Below the pieces are notes generated by a model. The model was not told the origin of the DNA, searched no databases, and saw nothing but the letters and a program-made list of their open reading frames with translations. A DNA stretch of 64,000 nt from the human T2T-CHM13v2.0 reference genome, Homo sapiens, in NCBI RefSeq assembly GCF_009914755.1, contig NC_060933.1, one strand, 5' to 3'. Positions 43,131-64,000 of the stretch are shown here, piece after piece (within the stretch, counting starts at the first letter, position 1; each line of letters starts with the position of its first letter). The translations under genes were made by a program, and so were the position numbers.

Positions 43131-43575
43131 TTACCCATTGCCTAATGACCCAGGGGACTTTTTGTTTATATTTTCTTCTAATCTTATACTGTGTCCTTGT
43201 TACAAAATACAAAAGGTACAGAAGTGAATAGTAAGTTTTTCTTCATCCCAGTTTCTATGCTGTACTTTCTATGTATTTATCTTTTTGTTTTGTATTAATT
43301 CTGACATCAGCTTTGTTATAAATTAACATATAATCTTAGTAATATTAGTTCAAATTATTGTATTGCCATTACTTTACCTTTTCAGCATATGACAATTATT
43401 TGCTATTGTAAATAACACTGTGATAAACATCTTTGTGCTTGAAACTTTTCCATGTTTGGGTTATTTCTTTAAGATATATTCAAAGAAGTGGTATTCCTAG
43501 GCCAGTCCCTTGAATGGGCATTTTTGAGATTCCTTATTCATATTGCTAAGTTAATTTTGTAAAAAGCCTATAAAA

Positions 43576-44507
<932 letters not shown>

Positions 44508-44545
44508 ATGCCATTCAAACAGCAAAATCTGAAAGATTTTGACCA

Positions 44546-44933
<388 letters not shown>

Positions 44934-45137
44934 TGAGGGTTCTTTTAGAGCCTCTTCTCCAGCTACTCGGGTGGCCAAAGGTGGGGAAGAGGGGGCAGGA
45001 AGGGTCAGGGCATATGGGCCCTGAGAATCTTTTGGTTTCTGGCTCCACTTCTCTTTTGTAGGGTCTGCTGAGGCTTTGCTAGGCCCAGAGAGATACAAGC
45101 AAGGGGTTGGGGCTGTGGAGACTGGAATGGAATATAA

Positions 45138-45808
<671 letters not shown>

Positions 45809-46320
45809 TTGTCTACTCCATTTAGTGATTAGTAATATTTCAGTGGAAAAGACCTCAACTAAGGATAATTGTTTGGATAAAAACATTTCAATTCCCATAG
45901 CAAGAAAAAAAAATTTCAATTCCCAATTCTATTGCTTCCCCATTTAAATGAAAGTACAGAAATCCATTAATTCTGTAGCACACGCCCGAGAGCAGATAAT
46001 AGTCTAAAGCGTGCCTCCTAAGGAAGGGTTGTTGGTTCTTTCATTCTTCGCATTATTGAGAAAACTAAAAAATGTTAGTCTGTAAGATGATTCTGTTTTT
46101 TCCATTAGAAGAGAACAGAAGTAAATATAAGAAACAAGTAATATTTGTAGTCTCCAGAAAGGGGATGGCTTAGAAATTGGGATGAAGAAAGACTTACTCT
46201 TCACATCTGTACCTTTTGAATTTTGTAACAATGCATCTGTCAATAAAACAACAACGAAAGATGCACCTTATGTCTCCTGACACTGCCAAGAGGTCCTATC
46301 TCTATTGTCTTTGCTCTTCA

Positions 46321-46668
<348 letters not shown>

Positions 46669-46679
46669 GGAGTTTACGG

Positions 46680-48373
<1,694 letters not shown>

Positions 48374-49082
48374 AGGATATTTACTCAACACTTATGACTG
48401 GCAGACAAGGAACATGGTCCCATCTCCAGAAGGCTGCAGTCTGGTTGTAGTGGCAAGACATGGCAACAAAGGAGAATAACTCAGTGTGTGATAAGCCTAC
48501 AGGAAATGAGTGCTGTAGTATTTCAGAAGAGAGCAAGATTAACTCCTGATGCTGTGATCAAGGAAGTTTTCATGAGAAGTGGCATTTGATTTGGGACTTG
48601 AAAGCAGAGGAGCATTTTACTAGCTGGAAAAATAAGTGGTCAAAGAAAATAAAGGAGAAGGAGAGTGCATTTCATGTAAATGGACTGGCATGAACAAAGG
48701 AATAAAGTAATGTATTTTAATTGGTTTATCCTTTTGGCAAAGAAACAGGGACAATTTTTTTTTTTTGGTCTATACTCTGATAAAACACGGCAATTTGGAG
48801 GAAGAAAGAGACTTTAGAGATTATCTCATCATATGTCCTTTTTTTTCTAGGTATGAAAACTGAGGTGCAGAAAGAAATAACTATTGAAAGTCACAAAACT
48901 GTTAAGTGACAGAGTTGGGCTCTGGCTCACAAGTGTAGCTTCCACAATACCATTATTGTACAGGTTGTAAGGATAGAATATATTTAGTAAAACCACACCA
49001 AATTTTGTTGATTTACATCAGAAGTGCAAGGGAGTAAAGACTAGATGAATTTTTAGATGTTTTTTTAAAAAAGAAATATAGT

Positions 49083-49343
49083 TGTAATCCCAGCACTTTG
49101 GGAGACTGAGGCAGGAGGATTATTTGAGCCCAGGAGTTCAAGACTAGCCTGGGCAAAAAGTGAGACTTCCTCTTTACAAACAAGCAAAAAATTAGCCAGG
49201 TGTGATGGTGCATCTGTAGTCCCAGCTACTTGGAAGGCTGAGGTGGGAGGATCACTTAAGCCCATGTGGTTGAAGCTGCAGTGAGCCATATTCACGCCAC
49301 TTCAGTCTGAATAACCAAGTGAGATCTTGTGTCAAAAAAGAAA
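49083..49343 (+). mobile_element. AluJ, 5'-truncated
   Basis: TSD aaagaaata(t/c)agtt. Confidence 0.9.
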
Positions 49344-49605
49344 TACAGTTATGTTGTCATAGTGATTACAATTCCAACAAAGTTTTGCTACACAGGCATG
49401 TCATTGCAACCTACATAAATGGAGAGACAAGAATGATTTGTTATTGAGAGATTAACTGATGACTTCCTGCTATTCACCAGACTTATCCTGGTCTCCAATG
49501 TCATGGCCAAATTAAGCCCCAATTGGCCAAAAGTGAAATTGAAAAAAAAATCTATGTTAACTCAAAGTATGAATTCACAAAAGAGCAGGAGAAAGATGAT
49601 GAGAA

Positions 49606-50416
<811 letters not shown>

Positions 50417-50469
50417 AAGAAGAAGGAGGAGGAAAAGACATACTGTGAATTATTAGAGAGATGACTTAT

Positions 50470-52740
<2,271 letters not shown>

Positions 52741-52971
52741 CGGGATTTTTCTTTGATTTTAGATTGTTGACTTGAGATAAGTAGGGGAAACAAGCTCCGG
52801 GTCTGCTGCCTTTTTTTTGCCTCATTGGTAAGTCAAAGCAAAATTCTAACAACTCTGATTGACACTAAGTTCTAATGACCTGAATATCAACATCAAAAGT
52901 ATTTCATATTTGTAATACGAATAGGTTTCTTTCTAAACACGTTGACATTTTAATTGTTCCTTAAAAAAAAA

Positions 52972-53113
52972 TTTTTTTTAGAGACAGGGTCTCACTTTGT
53001 CACCCAGGCTAAAGTGCACTGGTACCATCATAGCTCACTGCAGCCTCAAACTCCTGACCGCAACCGATCCTCCCGAATCACCGAGATTACAGGCACAAGC
53101 CACTGTGCCCGGC
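52972..53113 (-). mobile_element. Alu monomer (FRAM/FLAM-like)
   Basis: TSD tgacattttaattgttc (52942-52958, 53114-53130). Confidence 0.85.
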
Positions 53114-54046
53114 TGACATTTTAATTGTTCTTGAGTTGCCTCCACTATTTTTTTTTCTGTGTTCTTGCAGGGTTGATTGGCTAAATCATAGAAAAGCAAA
53201 TTAAATTTGCAATCTAGCCAATTTCTGTAAACAAGCTGGCAGTATAAGGGTCCTGAGGGGGTTGTAGCTACGACAACAGCTGCCTAGAATGAAGTGGAAT
53301 CTGTTTAGAGGGCTCATGTAGGAAGTGAGTCATACATTGTGGCGCAGTAAAGATGACCAGGAGGATACAGACAGGGAAGGGGATATCACAGAACTGGCCC
53401 AGAGTCAGCGTGACCTATTTTATAATCTGAAGAACTCCAATAAAGGCTACTATCCAGCTTGAATGTATTCAAAATAATGTTGAGGCCATATACATGTATA
53501 TCAAAATCTTATCTTAATACAACCGAATATGTTAATATTACTTATCTGTGGTTCCAATGGAGCAGACAGCTGAATTTCTCTTAATATTTTTGCGTATCTT
53601 TTGTGCTATTTTGATGCTCAGCTATTGGACCCCTTAGTTGGATCCCATTAAGTTAGCAAGACTGCTATACTTTTAGATCCATCCCCCACATGCCAGTATT
53701 TTATACTCAGTTATTTTGAACCCCTGCCATTTAACTCTTTCAAAGTTTATTATAATATGAGACCATGTCACCATAGGCACATAGAAGTGACTTATATGTA
53801 GAGTTATTTAGCCCTTTGGAATGTGCCTCGTTGGAATTTAATCCTTTAGAATTTCCAAGTTATTTGCCATTACATTCATTCTAGCTAGCAACCACTTCCT
53901 CCTTTGTCCTGGTGCTTGAAATTTCCACTTTTAGGGTTATTGTTTAGTTTTCAGATAACTCTGTTTACTTGGGAAGAGTAATCTACTAAAGCACCTTGAT
54001 AGAGTTAGTTTATCAGATTAGTTTGCCTCTCTTTCCTAGCATCCTT

Positions 54047-54800
<754 letters not shown>

Positions 54801-54873
54801 GTAACAAAGTTGATGTTCCCAGGGCACTGTGCTTGACCTCTTTCTTACACCAACTATTCCCCCATGCCATTTC

Positions 54874-55351
<478 letters not shown>

Positions 55352-55439
55352 TAATCATGCCATTTCATTTATGGTTTTTACTACTCCCCTCACTCCACAT
55401 GCCAAAGTCCAAATAAGTCCACCTGGTCTTTCCATACGC

Positions 55440-56900
55440 ACTTAATCCTCAATGTGCCCTGAGCAAACTCATTAAAACTCATCATCTCTATGCCCTTTAT
55501 CCAACCTGCTTCTCCTCTTGTATTCTGTATCCTAGTTAAGATATCACTATCCTGGTGCCCAAGTCAGAAATCCAAAAATTATTTCATACCGTAATCTTTC
55601 TCTTAGCCCCAATATCCAATAATCAATTCTGCTGATTTTACCTCTAAACTATTTCTCCATATAGCTACTTTTTTTCCACTCCTGCTTTTCTGGTTTAGGT
55701 CATCACTGCCTCTTATAACATGTCTCTTGGCCTCTAGTGAGTTCACTCTTGAAACAATTAGTCACATTGCTATAGAGGGTGCATTTAGAAATAAAACATA
55801 TTTCATTCATTCATTTATTTGGAAGTGATATTGTGCTAAGCACTGGACATTTGGGAATGAATAGATATGTTTTCTGCATTCAGTTGTATCTTGTGGTAGA
55901 GAGACAGAAGTACAGATTGATAGGTGCAATGACAGAATTATAAACAAGGCACTTAGCTTATAATGGGGTAAAGGTGGTAGAGAAAGCAACACCTACATTT
56001 AGCCCTGAACAACTAACAGGGGTTAACCAGGTAAAAAGAAGGAGAGGAGAGACAGCCAGGGAAAGAAGTTGCAGACTATGTGTGCAAGCTGGTACAAGTT
56101 CTGGAGTGAGAGAGGGCATAAAGAACTAGAGGAATTTAAAGTAATATATTGTGTGTGAAGCAGAAAGTGTGAAATCAGTATCAGATGATGAATTTTGTTG
56201 AGGACTTTGGACTTTATCTCAAAGATTATGGAGACCCCTGGAGGACTTTAGGTTGAAGTTTGACATGATCATATTTGTGCTTTGGAGGGATTATTCTTGC
56301 AGTTATTTGGTGAATAGACTTGAAAGGGGATAAGACTAGAGGCAAATTAAATGTGAGACATGTCTTTCACCTTCTGCCATGATTGTGAGGCCTCCCCAGC
56401 CACATGGAACTGTAAGTCCATTAAACCTCTTTCTTTTGTAAAAAAAAAAAAAAAAAAAAAGACTAGAGGCAAATTAGCCAACTGTAAGGAGCTCTGACTG
56501 AACTAAGGAAGTGGCACTGGATATGGAGTAATCAGAACTATATTAAAGTGAGATTACTTATAGGACACATTAAAAGAGACTGAATTGGGAGGGTAAAGGA
56601 GTGAAAGGAACCAAGACTGATGCTTAGGACCCTAGCTTGAGCAATTGGGTGGACAGTGCTAGCATTCACTAAGGTAGGAAATTTGGAAAGATAAGGCGTT
56701 AGCAGAGTCAGGTGATTAAATTGATTTTGGACATGCTGAATTTGTGATTCCTATGGGCCATTTTCATGGAGATGAGTTGGATGGTCATGTCTAGATTTTC
56801 GATTATGATAGAAGATGAAACTTTTCAAGGAATGCCTATTGAATGAAAATAGGCTCCAGGAAGGACCAACATATAAAGCTTATTGGAAGAAAGAAAGAAT
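55440..56900. mobile_element. L2 fragments
   Basis: ccaagtcagaaatcc; ttcattcattcatttatt; ggactttatc...tgacatgatcatatttgtgcttt; ttttggacatgctgaattt. Confidence 0.65.
56350..56460 (+). mobile_element. Processed (polyadenylated) THE1 LTR fragment retrocopy
   Basis: ccttctgccatgattgtgaggcctccccagccacatggaactgtaagtccATTAAAcctctttcttttgt followed by ~A21; flanked by (aa)gactagaggcaaatta. Confidence 0.9.
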
Positions 56901-56944
56901 AAATGTTTAGTAAACTAGGAGAAAAAGTTTTCAGTTTACTTTAT

Positions 56945-57165
56945 CAAGCTCCGCCTCCCAGGTTCATGTCATTCTCCTGCCTCAGCCTCCTGAGTAGCTG
57001 GGACTACAGGCGCCTGCCACCACACCCAGCTAATTTTTTGTATTTTTAGTAGAGATGGGGTTTCACCGTGTTAGCCAGGATGGTCTCGATCTCCTGACCT
57101 CGTGATCCGCCCACCTCGGCTTCCCAAGGTGCTGGGATTACAGGTGTGAGCCATCGCGCCCTGCC
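56945..57165 (-). mobile_element. AluY lacking its 3' end and tail
   Basis: Starts abruptly at caagctccgcctccc with no poly(T). Confidence 0.9.
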
Positions 57166-57354
57166 AAGGTCCAAGTTCTCACGTTAAAATTTTTCTCTTC
57201 AACTTCATCTCAGGCCCATTCCCAACTTAACATTTTAAGCTCTGTTAGTACCAAACTGCTGCTGATCCTCCATGTATATTGGGTCTCTGTTTCTTGGATG
57301 TCCATTTACTGCTTGCTTTCAGTGTTTGCTTTGCCTGAAATACCTGTTCTTTCT

Positions 57355-57607
57355 CCCCATCCTCCTCCTCCCCTCCTCCTCCTCCTCTTACTTCTTTCCT
57401 CCTCCTCCTCCTTCTTCTTCTTCCTCTCCTTTCTACTTACGCTTTCTTCTTTCTTCTTCTTTTTTTTGTAGAGACAAGGTCTCACTATGTTGCCTAGGCT
57501 GGTCTTCAACTCCTGGCCTGAAGTTATCCTCTCATCTTGGACTGCCAAAGTGCTGGGATTTGGCACCACTGAGCCAAATCCCAGGCGTGAGCCACTGAGC
57601 CTGGGCT
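57355..57607 (-). mobile_element. (CCT/CTT)n low-complexity tract plus FLAM-like monomer
   Basis: Read directly from the sequence. Confidence 0.8.
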
Positions 57608-57819
57608 GTTCTTCCTTCTTTATAGGCTTAAAAACCTTCAAAAATTATCTCAAGATTATCCACTCCAGGAAGAACTTGAGCCTCATTGATTGAATTGGTG
57701 TACTTCTCCTCCCTTCCTATAGCATTTTCTTTATGTGTCTATCCTAGCACTTCTCACACAGTATTGAATTCATCTGTCCACCTGGCTCATCATACAAATT
57801 GTTCCATGAGTTCAAGGAT

Positions 57820-58255
57820 CATGCTGCATGCTGGATTCCCCCGGAAGCTGATTCTGAGATGGAGTTTAGTGTACTAAATATTTATGTGGGCCTTTGGATC
57901 ATCACCTGTGAAAAGGAAGAGAAGGAAGCAGGAGTGGACCTAGGGTGAAGTGAAGCTCTGATGCAAACCTGACAACTGCCTCACCTGACACCATGAAGAG
58001 CTCTGGAGCTAGAATGGCCTTTTGTTGTTCTGAATTGGTGTGAGGTAGCTAGGTCTTTACACCCCTGCCACCACCCATTATTGGGTATGGGCCAACCAGG
58101 AAGGGGCATGACCATGAGTGATGCAGCTCTGCAGCTGAAGCAATAACTGAAGAGGCTGACAGCTGAGGGCCATCTGCTGACAGTACTCCCTGCAGCTGGG
58201 CAGCACATCCTTTCTCAAAAGGGGATCAAGGCAGTTGCATCTCCGTGTCCACCAT
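57820..58255 (-). mobile_element. LTR16-like ERVL LTR
   Basis: ctggattcccccggaagctgattctgagatggag...ggaagcaggagtgg. Confidence 0.65.
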
Positions 58256-58311
58256 GGACTATATATTTTTTCTTTGCATTCCTAGGGCCTCCCATAGTAT
58301 ATGGCACATAG

Positions 58312-58663
58312 TAGGCAAAACTGGAGGTCTGTAGGGCAAATTCAGCTAGTAGATGAGTATTGTTTTTTCACCCACAAAGAGATTTTTAAAAATTAGTTGT
58401 CAACATTTAAAAATAAAAAGATTTCACATTGAAATTATCATATTTTCTAGCTTTTCTTGAAAAATCAAAACATCTGGCAACACTAGATCTTTTTCTGAGA
58501 TGGAGACTGTGGGCTGGAGCTGAGCCAAGGTTGTCCTCAGACAGGCTTGTGAGCTCAAGGTCTCCAGACACACACCTTCCCCAGTCCTTGAGACGTGGAG
58601 CCCTGCCTGCTGCATGCATTTACGTTACCTGTTACCTGTAGTCCTTTGAGTTTGCCACCCCTA
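58312..58663. mobile_element. MER102-like hAT-Charlie MITE
   Basis: attagttgtcaacatttaaaaat...cttgaaaaatcaaaacatctggcaacact...catttacgttacctg...tttgagtttgccacccct. Confidence 0.75.
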
Positions 58664-58699
58664 TTAGTTATTAAAGAAATGTTTATTGAACTGAGCAAA

Positions 58700-58935
58700 C
58701 ATTAACATCACTGCATTATACTTCTCAAGGGATATTCATGTACATTCATTTATTTAATCCTTAAAACAACCCTGAAAACTAGATGGTATGATCACCCCCA
58801 TTTTACAGATGAGGACACTGAATCCCAGAGTGGCTCAGTGATTGCCCAAGGTCTCTAGCTGGGAAAGTGGTGGGATTATGACTTGAAATAAAATAAAATG
58901 TTTTTATTTTTAATCCTGTAATCCTCCCACTGTGA
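58700..58935 (-). mobile_element. MIR
   Basis: cccccattttacagatgaggacactga...tgcccaaggtc. Confidence 0.8.
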
Positions 58936-59492
58936 CACCTGAGGGCCCTGGGATGTTACCGCTGGAGGACAATCGGGTAGACCTAGGTTTTAACTAATCT
59001 TCGCTAGGTGGGAAGAAAAAATCTTCTTAGCAAACTAAAAATACACAGCAAGAAAGAAATTGGAATATTTCTAAGTTGGCAGCAACGACTGGAAAGGAGA
59101 CTATTCTTTAAGGACCTTCTTTTTTTCCAGATGGTTTCAAAGGAATAAAAAACAATTAGAGCTGCAAGGGAGAGTGGGAGACAAGACAAGGTTGGTGATC
59201 AAAGGGGAGAGCTGTGTAGGAAAATAGCAACATGGCAGCATTTCACACATAGCCACACACACTGAAAATGTGTCAACAGCGCCAGGTCATTGGTAACTGC
59301 CAAGAATAAGACTGAAATAGATTGTTAAATAAGACACAGTATTGCCGAGGCTGAGTTGTTTGCCTTCCTCAAAAGGACAAAATTCTGAGAGATGTAATGA
59401 AAGAAAATTTAACCAATTTACTAGAAATATGATGACTCCAGTGCCAGATAAGGATTATAATTTTTTTCATTACACTAAACTTGAATAGTTAA

Positions 59493-60046
<554 letters not shown>

Positions 60047-60124
60047 CACATAATTTTAAATAAAGGATTTTGTTTTTTAAAAAGAAATTTCCTTTTTATT
60101 AGAAATAAAGTTCTTGGCTTCATT

Positions 60125-60410
60125 CTTTAAAAACAAATTTTATTGATATATAATTGTACACATTTATGGGATACTTGTGATATTTTGATATATGCATTCA
60201 ATGTGTAATGATCAAATTGGGATCTCTCTCACCTCAAATAGGTATCATTTCTTTGTGTTGGGAACATTCCAAATGTTCTAGCTATTTTGAAATATATACA
60301 TTATTGATAACTATAGTCACCCTGCTGTGCTATTGAATACTAGAATGTATTCTCTCTATATAACTATTTCTGTACACATTAACCAATTTCTCTTCTTCCC
60401 ATCCTTACAC
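60125..60410 (-). mobile_element. L1MA-like 3' end
   Basis: tttattgatatataattgtacacatttatggg...caatgtgtaatgatcaaatt...aactatagtcaccctgctgtgc. Confidence 0.85.
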
Positions 60411-60422
60411 CTCTAAAAAGCA

Positions 60423-60706
<284 letters not shown>

Positions 60707-61132
60707 TAAAAAACAGTTAAAGTTTAATTTGTATGATTACAAAATACTTATTTCAGACAGGAGAGATTTCAAGTATATGGATATAAAGATGAAGAATATA
60801 AAATTGTATGATCATAATTTCCATCACATTGTGTAAATCATATAATGAAGTCTCAGAGGTGACTTTACTACTTTGTAATTTGAATTCACATGTAGATTTT
60901 TAAAAAGTAGAGCTTGGAAACAGTTCTTGAAAACATGATTGATATGAGTTTTTGGTGGAGGAAAGCATAGCTATTAAGTGGAAAATTACTAATAGCAATT
61001 TCCTTAGGTTTCATTAGTTGATGTAAATATAATATAGTTAGATATCTTTTACCACAGTGTAACTCTATCTATCTATCCACCTGCCTACCTGCCAATCTAT
61101 CTGCCTGCCTATATTTTAGGGATAAATACTCT

Positions 61133-61506
61133 TATGGACTGATTTGTGTTCCCTACCAAATTCATACATTGAGGCCCAAACCCTCAAAGTAACTGTATTG
61201 GAGATAAGGCCTATATGGAGGTGATTAAGGCTAAATGAGGTCAAAGGTGAATCCCTAATCTCATAGGACTGGGGTCCTTATAAAAACAGGACGAGCTAGC
61301 AGAGTGCTCTCTTTCTGTCTTCCTAAATGCACACAGAGGAAAGGCCATGTGAGAACATAGCAGGAAGGCAGCTGTCTAAAAGCCAGGAAGAGAGGCCTTA
61401 CCCCAAACCACCCTCCTGGCTTCTTGATCTTCGGCTTCTAGCCTCCAGAACTGTTGTTTCAGCTACCCACTCTGTGGTATTTTGTGATGGCGACCTGAGC
61501 AGACAT
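61133..61506 (+). mobile_element. MLT1A-like MaLR LTR
   Basis: tatggactga..tgtgttccc..caaattcatac...ggaaaggccatgtgag...agcctccagaactgt. Confidence 0.8.
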
Positions 61507-61536
61507 ATATAGCAGAAGTGGGAAGACAGGCTTTGA

Positions 61537-62367
<831 letters not shown>

Positions 62368-62474
62368 TTAGGAGACTGTTACCTTAGTGCAGGTGAGATA
62401 TTATGGTAGCCTGGATTAGGGTGCCAAGAATTCAGAGGTGAAAAGTAAACACATTCAAGGCAAAAAAGTAGAAT

Positions 62475-64000
<1,526 letters not shown>

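Overview
Primate (human-like) non-coding DNA, either intergenic or deep intronic, with no supportable protein-coding gene. The longer ORFs in the track are Alu, L1, L2, LTR or microsatellite read-throughs. I count roughly 70-75 Alu elements or fragments by eye (about 30% of the window). Also present: L1 fragments (L1PA, L1MA, L1M/HAL1), L2, MIR, two CR1/L3 RT remnants, hAT MITEs (MER5A, MER58A/B, MER63, MER3, MER102), MaLR/ERV solo LTRs and one U6 snRNA retrocopy. The most notable structures are: (1) a ~110-bp polyadenylated THE1 LTR R-segment flanked by a perfect 16-18 bp TSD, i.e. an LTR transcript apparently mobilised by L1 TPRT (56350-56460); (2) a four-level nest, MIR > AluJ > AluS > LTR12 solo LTR with a CCAAT array; (3) a fold-back Alu/Alu junction at a 7-bp microhomology; (4) a U6 retrocopy whose 3' end was hit by an AluY; (5) an L1PA with a probable mini 3' transduction; (6) a well-preserved CR1/L3 RT fragment; (7) a ~6-kb Alu-free island and other unique segments with clustered POU/homeodomain/SOX motifs that are candidate enhancers. 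Subfamily names come from recalled consensus sequences, not a database search, and repeat boundaries are approximate. I see no evidence for a new protein-coding system.
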